In this document: positions 45,055 through 53,589 of the stretch, one piece after another
Layout: every line of letters starts with the position of its first letter
Numbering within the stretch: position 1 is the stretch's first letter
From: a virus
Virus record (IMG/VR): IMGVR_UViG_3300037258_001195
Span: 1-64,000 of that record
Length of the DNA: 64,000 nucleotides
Direction: 5' to 3' (one strand)
Position numbers and translations under genes: made by a program
Notes under the pieces: generated by a model
Database searches by the model: none
What the model saw: only the letters and a program-made list of their open reading frames with translations
What the model was told of the DNA's origin: nothing

Positions 45055-45962
45055 CAGACTGGCGCCCCAATAGACGGGGGAACGACATTGACGTATGGCC
45101 AAATCATGTCAGAAATCTCTGGGGGAAGACTTGGAAATGCCGATCCACGCATTCCGCCGCGAAGAAAGCGGACTGATTCCTGACCCCCAAGGGATTTCGA
45201 TTCTTGTCCAACTCGGCCGCGATATGTCCAACGTTCGGCGACATACTGAATACAGGCTTCCTCCAGATCAGCCGGAACAAACGAGTAGGAAATTAAAAGG
45301 GCCGCCCCGGAATCGGACGACGAAAACGTGTAGAGTCCGGGAGCTGTGTCAGGTGGGGGAATGTACTGTCCAGCTCCGGGACTGCTCACAACTGGAACCA
45401 GTGCAACTCCCGAATCCGCATAAACAACCCCGTTGTCCCGACACCAAATTCCACTTGGCTGAAGAACTGTCACAACGTATGGGCCAGGGCTTGATGGAAT
45501 TATCTGGGCTTCGCTTTGGACCAAATATCCCGCCGTGTAGGAGATTTGGATATTCTGGGCTCCGGGCCACCAGACCCCATTAACAAATTCCAGAACTGCC
45601 GGCTGCGAGGGTAGCCCACCATCCCAGGGTATGATGCGATAGCCCCATCCGAGGCTGGGCGGCGGGCTAATCCCTGTTTGCGGGTTGGGCAGCGGCGAAG
45701 CCGGAATAATCCCGGCCCCCATCTGAATATTACTAATCGCCGTCACAGGATAATCATGAAGAACGATCTGATACGTTCCCGTCCCGTCGACGGTTTCGAC
45801 AAGATTTTTCGAGTAAAGCGTACTGCGATTTAATTTTGACCGAATACTCGCCGAGCATGAGGAGATTAGCTGTTGAAGAATCGTAGACGAGTTTGAGTTA
45901 GTCCCCTCAAGCCAATTCTCGGCCCGAGCAAGGGTCGTTAGATCGCCAGCCGCGAGGGTCAT
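45054..45962 (-). CDS. Head-tail connector with inserted Ig-like domain
   Basis: GDLTTL; NIQISYTAGY; VPADLEEAC. Confidence 0.83.
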   Translation of the reverse strand: MTLAAGDLTTLARAENWLEGTNSNSSTILQQLISSCSASIRSKLNRSTLYSKNLVETVDGTGTYQIVLHDYPVTAISNIQMGAGIIPASPLPNPQTGISPPPSLGWGYRIIPWDGGLPSQPAVLEFVNGVWWPGAQNIQISYTAGYLVQSEAQIIPSSPGPYVVTVLQPSGIWCRDNGVVYADSGVALVPVVSSPGAGQYIPPPDTAPGLYTFSSSDSGAALLISYSFVPADLEEACIQYVAERWTYRGRVGQESKSLGGQESVRFLRGGMRGSAFPSLPPEISDMIWPYVNVVPPSIGAPV

Positions 45963-46150
45963 GAGCGGACCGTTAGATCAAAACCTAGTGGATGCGAAGG
46001 GGCAACCCGATACAAAGGTTGACCTAAATGATTATAAAGTCCAATAAATCGGGGTGTGGACTTTTCTTGCTCAATAATCACTTCCCCGCCCGCAGCGTGC
46101 ATTTGGCCATAAATGTCAGGAAGTTGAACTATGGCCTTATATTCGCTCAT
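45959..46150 (-). CDS. Hypothetical protein
   Basis: Coupled small ORF. Confidence 0.5.
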   Translation of the reverse strand: MSEYKAIVQLPDIYGQMHAAGGEVIIEQEKSTPRFIGLYNHLGQPLYRVAPSHPLGFDLTVRS

Positions 46151-46611
46151 TTCTTCCCCGCTTTCACGAGCGCGTCGCGAGTGTCCTGTTCAGACTCAAA
46201 TTCGTCCAATCTCGCCTTAAGGGTCGCATTTTCGGACTCAAGTCCCTTATTCGCCTGACGAAGAATCGTGCATTCACTCTCGGCTTGGCGCTGTTGAGAC
46301 TGAAGTCGCTGAATAGACTCATTGGCAAGTATCAATTCCGCCCGGAGGCTCGAAATCGTCTGGGCTTGCTCACCAATCTGCTGACTGGCCTGCCCGAAGG
46401 TCGGAAGCAAATCGTCAATCTCGCATCCCTCTGGGCGACGTCCGGGAGGAAGACTACCAAATCCAAGATTCATGTCGAGAAGTTTCGGCGCAAAATGATC
46501 CGGCGCCTGAAACCAATCTCGACCCTCGTCGTCCCGGAATTCGCTGGTGAAATTCTGCTGCTCAACCGAGCAACTTTCAGTTCCCTCAGGAAACATAAAC
46601 CACATTGTCAT
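46147..46611 (-). CDS. Capsid-associated protein with coiled-coil tail
   Basis: N-terminus resembles 14083-14268. Confidence 0.6.
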   Translation of the reverse strand: MTMWFMFPEGTESCSVEQQNFTSEFRDDEGRDWFQAPDHFAPKLLDMNLGFGSLPPGRRPEGCEIDDLLPTFGQASQQIGEQAQTISSLRAELILANESIQRLQSQQRQAESECTILRQANKGLESENATLKARLDEFESEQDTRDALVKAGKK

Positions 46612-46651
46612 CACTCCTCAAACGACGAGAGAGTTGGGAATCCCCCGCCAA

Positions 46652-47119
46652 TTATGCCAACAAGAGGTTGGCGAATTCCTCTTCCGTCCCCACAACAGCC
46701 ATATCCCCCTTCATGGAGATAAGATGCTTGGAGTCCTGATACACAACAATCTTCCCCCCGCGAGCAAGGGTGCGTTGGATAAAGTCCTTGACAGGATCTT
46801 TTTTCCACGCATCGGGAAAATCGGGATATGGATAGATGTGAATCGTCTCGCGATCGACGCCCCAGGGCCAGCCGATTACGACTTTGGACCTCTCGGGAAG
46901 CATCGCCGGAGGAAGACGAAAATCTCCCCCACGACGCTCTCCATCAAGAAAAAGACAGACATAATGGCGGCACGCATCTGGCCGCTCCTCATAGATACGA
47001 CAACCGGGTCCGGAAGTTGTCGCTCCGAGATGCTTGCACGGCTGGCCGAATTCTTTCTGAACCTCGGGAACAGAAAAAACCCGGCAACAACCAGTGCAAT
47101 CCTGACACAATGCCGCCAT
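46652..47119 (-). CDS. YkgJ/FliB-like CxxCxxCC cysteine-cluster protein
   Basis: CQDCTGCC...PCKHL...CRIYEERPDACRHYVC. Confidence 0.8.
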   Translation of the reverse strand: MAALCQDCTGCCRVFSVPEVQKEFGQPCKHLGATTSGPGCRIYEERPDACRHYVCLFLDGERRGGDFRLPPAMLPERSKVVIGWPWGVDRETIHIYPYPDFPDAWKKDPVKDFIQRTLARGGKIVVYQDSKHLISMKGDMAVVGTEEEFANLLLA

Positions 47120-47151
47120 TATATCCTCCGCGTTCTAGAGACCGTTAATAA

Positions 47152-48807
47152 CTAGAAGGCGAAGTTGCCGGTCGTGGGATTAACGTTATTGATGACGGCG
47201 AAGCCCGGCGTGAAGTAGCACGGAAAGACTTCATCCGCATACACGCCATACTCATATCGCCGCGACCGCCAGGGCCATTGGATCTGATAATAATCCTGCC
47301 GAACGCGAGCCTCCAATATATTCCCCACGCCGCTCAGCTCATACGGACTCCGATCCGACCAGAACAAGATCGTCCCAGGCGGAATATACGGATGCAGCTC
47401 TACGTCGAGCGTATTTCCGAAGAACTTGTTGATATAGGACGTGATCTTATAGCCCGCAACCAACTGCCCCTTTTCGTTGTTCTCGAAAAAGAGCCGGAAG
47501 ATATTCGACGTGCCCGACTGACTCATCATCGCGCCGAAGCTGTTCAGCATATCGACCGAGGAGATCAAAATCCGATCAAACCCGATCTTATACTGGTCAT
47601 ACGCGGCGCGAAGAATTGAGTCGAACTCGTTGATATTGACGCCGTTAATCGTGAGGCCCGTGTTCCCGTTGGGACACGAATACACGAGCGATCCCGAGGG
47701 GCTCAACGTGACATTCGCAGGCAACGTAGCCGCAGTTGCCATCTGAGTCCCAGGCGCCGGCCCTGTGATGTTGCCGAAGACCTGATTCAGAATGCCATCG
47801 GGAGTCAGGAAATTGATTGAATTGTCCTGATAATTCCCGCCGACCTGAAGCGATGTAACCGGCTGCGCAGTTGCGGTATTGGGGAATTTCGTAAAGACCG
47901 CCTGAGTCGAGGGCGAGATGCCCGCGAGATATTCGGCACCGGAAGCCGACCCAATAAACCATGCGTAGCCCATCGCCCCGACCACGGAAGCAACCGTAGC
48001 GGTTACGATTTGGGTTGAGGACGTGCCGACACTTGCCTCAGCGGAAGGTTGTGCCGAGCCGCCGCCATAGGTATCGGACGAGCCGTCGGCGTTGATTCGG
48101 GTGATCTGCCCAAGAACACCGCCAGTTCCAGTTGCCGCGTTGTATGGAGAATAATTCGCAATCCCCATTCCCGTAAGCGCAACGGCGCGAACGTAGACAG
48201 TTCCGCCCGAGAATGACCCGGTATTTCCGCCGCCAGCGGCTCCCGCGGAGAGCGTCGGAGTCGGCGTAATCCCCAGCGGCAGATTTGCGTCGCCATTGAT
48301 GAGAAGCTTTTCCTCATCAATCATCAACGAACGAAGACTCGACTGAACACTGATCCCAAGCGTTTCCGGCGAGAGATTTCGACCCGCAAGCCGCGCCTCG
48401 AACGTGACCGAACTCTCGTAGCCGACCGTCTTAAAGGTCGCCATCTGATCCTGTTCGGAGATCGGAATACGCCCGCCACGATTACCTTCCGAGACGCCCG
48501 AGGACATTCCGTTGGGATTAATCGCAACAATACGTTTCCAATGATAGCTGTTTCCGCCGTCCGCGGCAACGCGAGGAAGCCGAGAAATTCGCGGAATCAA
48601 TTCCCGATACGGATAGAGCATCTGGACAACCGGCGACAGATCGTACCAGAGCAGATTCGTGCTCTGGGAAATCGTATCCGCCTTCGCTAGAGCATCCGGA
48701 CCATATTCCGTGTCCAGAAATTTCCTAAAGGTCTCGTTCTGCGTCAGTGCAGAGACGAACTCATTCCCGATCCCGCCAGGGCCGGTGAAAGGAACATTAC
48801 CCGACAT
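47152..48807 (-). CDS. Major capsid protein with FN3/Ig-like insertion
   Basis: Homolog of 14363-15853; AGGAG RBS. Confidence 0.87.
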   Translation of the reverse strand: MSGNVPFTGPGGIGNEFVSALTQNETFRKFLDTEYGPDALAKADTISQSTNLLWYDLSPVVQMLYPYRELIPRISRLPRVAADGGNSYHWKRIVAINPNGMSSGVSEGNRGGRIPISEQDQMATFKTVGYESSVTFEARLAGRNLSPETLGISVQSSLRSLMIDEEKLLINGDANLPLGITPTPTLSAGAAGGGNTGSFSGGTVYVRAVALTGMGIANYSPYNAATGTGGVLGQITRINADGSSDTYGGGSAQPSAEASVGTSSTQIVTATVASVVGAMGYAWFIGSASGAEYLAGISPSTQAVFTKFPNTATAQPVTSLQVGGNYQDNSINFLTPDGILNQVFGNITGPAPGTQMATAATLPANVTLSPSGSLVYSCPNGNTGLTINGVNINEFDSILRAAYDQYKIGFDRILISSVDMLNSFGAMMSQSGTSNIFRLFFENNEKGQLVAGYKITSYINKFFGNTLDVELHPYIPPGTILFWSDRSPYELSGVGNILEARVRQDYYQIQWPWRSRRYEYGVYADEVFPCYFTPGFAVINNVNPTTGNFAF

Positions 48808-48843
48808 CAACGTTCTCCTAATTCAAAATTAATAGGGTGGCAA

Positions 48844-51165
48844 TTACGCCCGCTTACCGGCGGCGGCGCCACGAAAACTCGGATCAAAGATCGACCGTCC
48901 ATTCGTGCCGTTGAGGATGTAGGTTCCGGCAACTTTTCGCCGCGCACCTTCATCATTCTCAAGCTGCATCGGAGAAACGCCCGCATCCTGGATCGCCTTC
49001 ATAAGCGGGTCGCTACCCGCTCCGTCGGCGCCATTTCCGTTTCCGATGACTTTCGTCATATCAAACGCATACGGTGCACGACTGGACGTGCTGCGGGCCA
49101 GAAGATTATTCTGGGCTTCGAGCCGCGCGTTTTCGATGAAGAGCTGAGCCGTCGCGGCATCGATTCGGCCATCCTTGCCAACCGCCTTTGCCAACTTGCC
49201 CCAATCCTTGTCAAGCGCCTGGATCGGCGGCTCGCGGCTACCACCTCGCGTCCCGGGTCCAGCAGTTGCAAGATCGCTCGGCGATAGGTCAGTGACGCCA
49301 GGGGGAACTCGATAGAATTCATTCCCGTGCGTTGGCTCCTGTTCCTTCTCACCAGATCGTCCCGCCATCTTTTTCAACTGTTCCCGGGCAGCCTTGGTAA
49401 AGGTGGAGACCTTCGACAGTTCTGAATATGCCTTATTCAGCTTATCCATCGCACCAGCCGAGTCGAATTCACCATCTTCCTCGTCGGGCTTCGCCTTACC
49501 CTTCGCCGCCTTCTCCATCTTGGAGATATAATAGGCTTTGATGAGCTTGGAGCACTCCTCGATCGCACCGGCAGCTTCCTTGCGAGCCTTCGACGCTTTC
49601 TTCATATTATCGCCCGCAGACTTCATCCGCATCGCCCGAGTTGGCTGAGCCGCCCGCTTGATTACGTCGAGAATCGCGTCCTGCAGAGGATCGCCCCCGC
49701 TAGTCTTCCTGAGATCGTCGCTCGTCGCTGCCATTTCGAAATCCTCACCTAAGAATTGCATGAGATATTGGTCATCGATGTCAGAAAGATCAACTGCCTC
49801 CTGACCTTCATGAGTTGCTTTCTGACCGATGACCGAAGCCAGAATCTGCGCCGCGGAACCTAGGTCTTTCGCCAGGCCCTTGTCCTTCATATCGCCGCCT
49901 TCACCCTTCGCCTCACGAAGAAGACTTCGTTGCGCCGAGCGAATCGAGTCGAAACAGAATGCCAACGACCCAGCAACTTCCATTCGCTTCGAAAGCGGTG
50001 CGGCGAAACTATCTTGTCCGCCTTCCTGAGACTGTCCCAACGTCAGCCACGACGGGAGTACGGGAGGCGCCGCTCCGTCGTCCCTCTCAGCGGCCTTTAG
50101 GGTCAGGAAGGACGGCACTACCGCCGAGCCCGAAGACTTAGTAAGAGATTTAAGAATTACTTTCTCATTAGCGAGTTTTGAGATTGCCGATGCGCGAGCG
50201 GCTTTCTTAGCTTCCTTTGCTGCGGCTTTCTTGCCCCATTTCTCGGGCAACATATCAGTCGCCCCGAGCGCGGCAGCGCGAGCTTTGATGTGGCTCTTTG
50301 CCTTCCCTTTGTCCTTGGCACGGCCAAAAGCCGACACAGCATCCCCGAGAGCTTCTTTGTCGGGAATCGGATAACTCCCATCGGGAAGGGCAATCCCTTT
50401 CCCCGCATATTCCTTTCGTTGATCGGACGAGTACTCCCGTTTCGAAATATCTTCGCCGCATGTCGGACAGCCCGCAACTCCATGAACGGAGCAAATTTTC
50501 GTATTCGCTGCGTCTAGCGGATTGCTAGTCTGCGCGTCAAACGGCGGCTTTCCATCTGCCTTCGCTGTTTTCTTTGGCTTTATCTTCTCTTGTACGTCAC
50601 GAACTAATTCGTCCTGACTCGGGGCCTTGGTGAGAAATTCACTGACCATCGCGAAGCTATTGGCAAGTTTCTGAACACGAGTCTTCTTGGCCTTCCGAAA
50701 CGCCACTCCCGGCTCAAACGCCAATGCTCCCGTCTTGTCCATCTTTGCCATATTAAACCGACACTCTGGATTCGCGGGCCGGTCGACAATGGAGATCTCG
50801 GTCATCGAAAGTCGGGTAATCTTATTCGGATCGTTGGGATCTTTGTCGAGTTTCCGCCCCCCGATCGAAAATCCCTTATAGACCTTATCGACAACTTTCT
50901 TCCAGGCGTCGTCGTCGGAAATCTTCGCGGTCAACCAAAGTCCCTTTCGGTCAACATGCGCCTCTTCGGCAGTTCCAACGGCTTGGAGCCGATGCATCTC
51001 CCGAATATTACCATACTGCATATAATCCGGGAGAGCTGACTTAATCGCCTCAAGTGCGATCGTTTCTCCATCTGAGTCCTTTGCCTCGGTCGAAGCGTAG
51101 CCTGAGATTGTCCTCTTAGCTTCGTCGACCTTAGTGATCGGCAAAAAGAAATTAAGGTCGCTCAT
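48844..51165 (-). CDS. Prohead protease + DUF6582-like domain + long scaffold
   Basis: NIREMH, YKGFSIGG, EISIVDRPANP; ALPDGSYPIPD...HIKARA..LG. Confidence 0.87.
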   Translation of the reverse strand: MSDLNFFLPITKVDEAKRTISGYASTEAKDSDGETIALEAIKSALPDYMQYGNIREMHRLQAVGTAEEAHVDRKGLWLTAKISDDDAWKKVVDKVYKGFSIGGRKLDKDPNDPNKITRLSMTEISIVDRPANPECRFNMAKMDKTGALAFEPGVAFRKAKKTRVQKLANSFAMVSEFLTKAPSQDELVRDVQEKIKPKKTAKADGKPPFDAQTSNPLDAANTKICSVHGVAGCPTCGEDISKREYSSDQRKEYAGKGIALPDGSYPIPDKEALGDAVSAFGRAKDKGKAKSHIKARAAALGATDMLPEKWGKKAAAKEAKKAARASAISKLANEKVILKSLTKSSGSAVVPSFLTLKAAERDDGAAPPVLPSWLTLGQSQEGGQDSFAAPLSKRMEVAGSLAFCFDSIRSAQRSLLREAKGEGGDMKDKGLAKDLGSAAQILASVIGQKATHEGQEAVDLSDIDDQYLMQFLGEDFEMAATSDDLRKTSGGDPLQDAILDVIKRAAQPTRAMRMKSAGDNMKKASKARKEAAGAIEECSKLIKAYYISKMEKAAKGKAKPDEEDGEFDSAGAMDKLNKAYSELSKVSTFTKAAREQLKKMAGRSGEKEQEPTHGNEFYRVPPGVTDLSPSDLATAGPGTRGGSREPPIQALDKDWGKLAKAVGKDGRIDAATAQLFIENARLEAQNNLLARSTSSRAPYAFDMTKVIGNGNGADGAGSDPLMKAIQDAGVSPMQLENDEGARRKVAGTYILNGTNGRSIFDPSFRGAAAGKRA

Positions 51166-51211
51166 CTTAGTCTCCGACAAATTAATCTCAGACTACGCAA
51201 CGCGCGGCGAC

Positions 51212-51454
51212 CTAATTCGTAAAGCTCGCTTGTGAGCCAACCTGGACATTCGGTCGGAGACCCGTAACAAGCATGGTCATCAAGGTGTTGAGAAGAATCT
51301 GCCCATCCGCGCGAAGCGCCCCCGAGGACGTAAAAGTCAAACCGCCCCCAGCAATTTGCGGGGCCGCAGCGGCGACCGTAAGCGTATCGCCCGCCTGATC
51401 GGTAATAACATAGGTCGTAACGTTGTTCGAATAGGTCGACGTGATCGCAGCCAT
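51212..51454 (-). CDS. Small beta-rich hypothetical virion protein
   Basis: GAGGAG RBS; within head operon. Confidence 0.65.
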   Translation of the reverse strand: MAAITSTYSNNVTTYVITDQAGDTLTVAAAAPQIAGGGLTFTSSGALRADGQILLNTLMTMLVTGLRPNVQVGSQASFTN

Positions 51455-52849
51455 TTAAATTTCTCCTCGATTCAGCCGACTATCGGCCAGTTTACGAACG
51501 TATTTGATAACCCGAGCTACGGAATCAGTCCACGTCAAATCTCGCCCCTGCGTGAAGATCCTAAAATCTTCATACCACGGCGTTCCGACGGGTGAATCCC
51601 ACCATCGCCAGCAACGAGTGTACGGTCCGAGCATTACGACTGGCTTACCCATCGCTCCCGCGAGATGCACCACTGCGCTATCGACAGAAATAACCAGGTC
51701 CAATTCCTGAATAAATCGGGCGGTGTCGTAGAAGTCCTCAATGGCGTGCATAGAGTCGAGCATAAGCGCTTCTGCGCCAAGGGCAAGGACCTCTTTAGAT
51801 TCTTCGCCTTTTTGCAGTGAAATGACCTGAACGCCAGGAATTTCCATTAATGGAAGAAACATTGAGAGCGGAATAACTCGACGCCGAAGGCTCAATGTTT
51901 TCCCGTGATCGCCAGAAGACCAGCAAAGACCAATTTTAAATTTACCAGGAATTCGGCGAATAAGGGGCTCTTTTACAGTCAAGTATGGTTCCGACGAAAT
52001 ATCCTTCGGCATAATTTCCGAATGCCGAATCATACTCAGCATGGGTGTGTGAAAGTCAAAGTTCTTCGCATTCGCCTCAGGTGGAAGACTTTCACAATCC
52101 CAGACCTGAATATCCGGAAAGTTCTCCGCGAACAAACGGACCAAAGGTGCTGCGGTAGCTAAAACGATGCTCCGGGTCCGCGTAGAGAGCTTCGCCAAAA
52201 ATCGAACGAACATCAGACTATCGCCATAGCCTTGTTCGTGATGGACTAAGATGCGTTTTTCGTCTAGATTCTCTCCCTGCCATTCAGGGATGCCAAGGTT
52301 CCAGACGGGATTCTTATACAATTCCTCCCACCGAATCTCATAAAGTGGAAGACCCTGGTCGAGGCGCCCTTGCGACATAATCGTTAAAGCGTGATCGTTC
52401 TTGGTTGCGTAGGCGTCGTAACCCAAAGCTCGCGCGCGCACCATCGCGTCTTCGGCGTCAGCGAACCTATTCTGACGATACAGCAACGTCCCGTAAGTAT
52501 GCCAAATTGCCGGATCACTTGGCTTAAGCCGCCTAGCTTCTCGCAATTGCTCCCGGGCGCCATCAATCCGACCAAGCGCAACCAAATTAATCGCCAGGTT
52601 GTTCCGCGCTTGAAAGTCCTTTGGATCAATTGCAACGGCGCGCTGCCCGACGGTAATTCCCATCTCATGCTTCTGGAGCTTGTAGAGGATTCCCGCTAGA
52701 TTCGACAAAACAACCGAATTATTCGGATCAATAAGAAGTGCTCCCATGTAATGGACGCGAGCGATTTCAAATTCGCCAGCCATTTGATGCTGGCTACCTT
52801 TGAGATTCAGCCCGTAAATTCGACGAATCGAATTATCATCCAACGGCAT
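51455..52849 (-). CDS. TPR-repeat + GT-B (family 9-like) glycosyltransferase
   Basis: N-terminal TPRs; EQGYGD; DLVISVDSAVVHLAGAMGKP; WRW...PWY. Confidence 0.9.
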   Translation of the reverse strand: MPLDDNSIRRIYGLNLKGSQHQMAGEFEIARVHYMGALLIDPNNSVVLSNLAGILYKLQKHEMGITVGQRAVAIDPKDFQARNNLAINLVALGRIDGAREQLREARRLKPSDPAIWHTYGTLLYRQNRFADAEDAMVRARALGYDAYATKNDHALTIMSQGRLDQGLPLYEIRWEELYKNPVWNLGIPEWQGENLDEKRILVHHEQGYGDSLMFVRFLAKLSTRTRSIVLATAAPLVRLFAENFPDIQVWDCESLPPEANAKNFDFHTPMLSMIRHSEIMPKDISSEPYLTVKEPLIRRIPGKFKIGLCWSSGDHGKTLSLRRRVIPLSMFLPLMEIPGVQVISLQKGEESKEVLALGAEALMLDSMHAIEDFYDTARFIQELDLVISVDSAVVHLAGAMGKPVVMLGPYTRCWRWWDSPVGTPWYEDFRIFTQGRDLTWTDSVARVIKYVRKLADSRLNRGEI

Positions 52850-52876
52850 AGGAGCAATTCCCTGCGAGGACTCTTC

Positions 52877-53575
52877 TTACGACCCAGTCAACGGCGCGTT
52901 GAATGAGTACATGAAGCCATAAGTATGGGAGGCGTTCGGCGCACTCGACGGCGTAATGGTTGCCAACGTTACCGCCGATGCGGTGCCAACCGTTTCATCC
53001 CCAGCATTCGTCGTCTCTTTAATAAAGACAACATCTTTTGCACCGGGATTCACTGGAACCGAAATTGCGGCAGTCGAATCGATCTGAATGCCCGGCGAGG
53101 TGCCACCGACAAGACCTGCAACGGTCGGCGCGGAGAGATGCACGATACCTTTCGAGGTAAACGTCGTTGCGGTCCCGCTTGCCGGAGCGGCAAGAGAGAA
53201 CACATCAACTTGGGACGTGCCATCATTGGCGAGATATGGAATCGAGATCGTGCCGCCTGTTACGGCAGACGTCCCCGCAGCAACAACAACGGCACCTTGC
53301 CGCGGAACGTCTGGTTGCGCCGCAACCGAAAGCGTGCCATTCGCAAGCGATGTCGAGCCGACGAATTTCCCGGCCGCCGCAGCAACAACTACGGGAGTCA
53401 TGCCGTAGTTGAAGACTTGTGCAACGAGAAGTTCCGCCCCAGCAGCTAAGAGCGCAGAAATATCTCGCGAATCAACATTCGCCGTCCCGTCGGCCCCAGC
53501 AACATACGTCCCGTAATTGCCGACAATTTGACCGCCCAAGCTCCCAATAAACATTTTCACAGTCGACGAAGCCAT
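52877..53575 (-). CDS. Putative head decoration/fibre protein
   Basis: Ser/Thr/Ala/Gly-rich beta protein after the portal; AGGAG RBS. Confidence 0.7.
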   Translation of the reverse strand: MASSTVKMFIGSLGGQIVGNYGTYVAGADGTANVDSRDISALLAAGAELLVAQVFNYGMTPVVVAAAAGKFVGSTSLANGTLSVAAQPDVPRQGAVVVAAGTSAVTGGTISIPYLANDGTSQVDVFSLAAPASGTATTFTSKGIVHLSAPTVAGLVGGTSPGIQIDSTAAISVPVNPGAKDVVFIKETTNAGDETVGTASAVTLATITPSSAPNASHTYGFMYSFNAPLTGS

Positions 53576-53589
53576 AACGTTCTCCTAAT

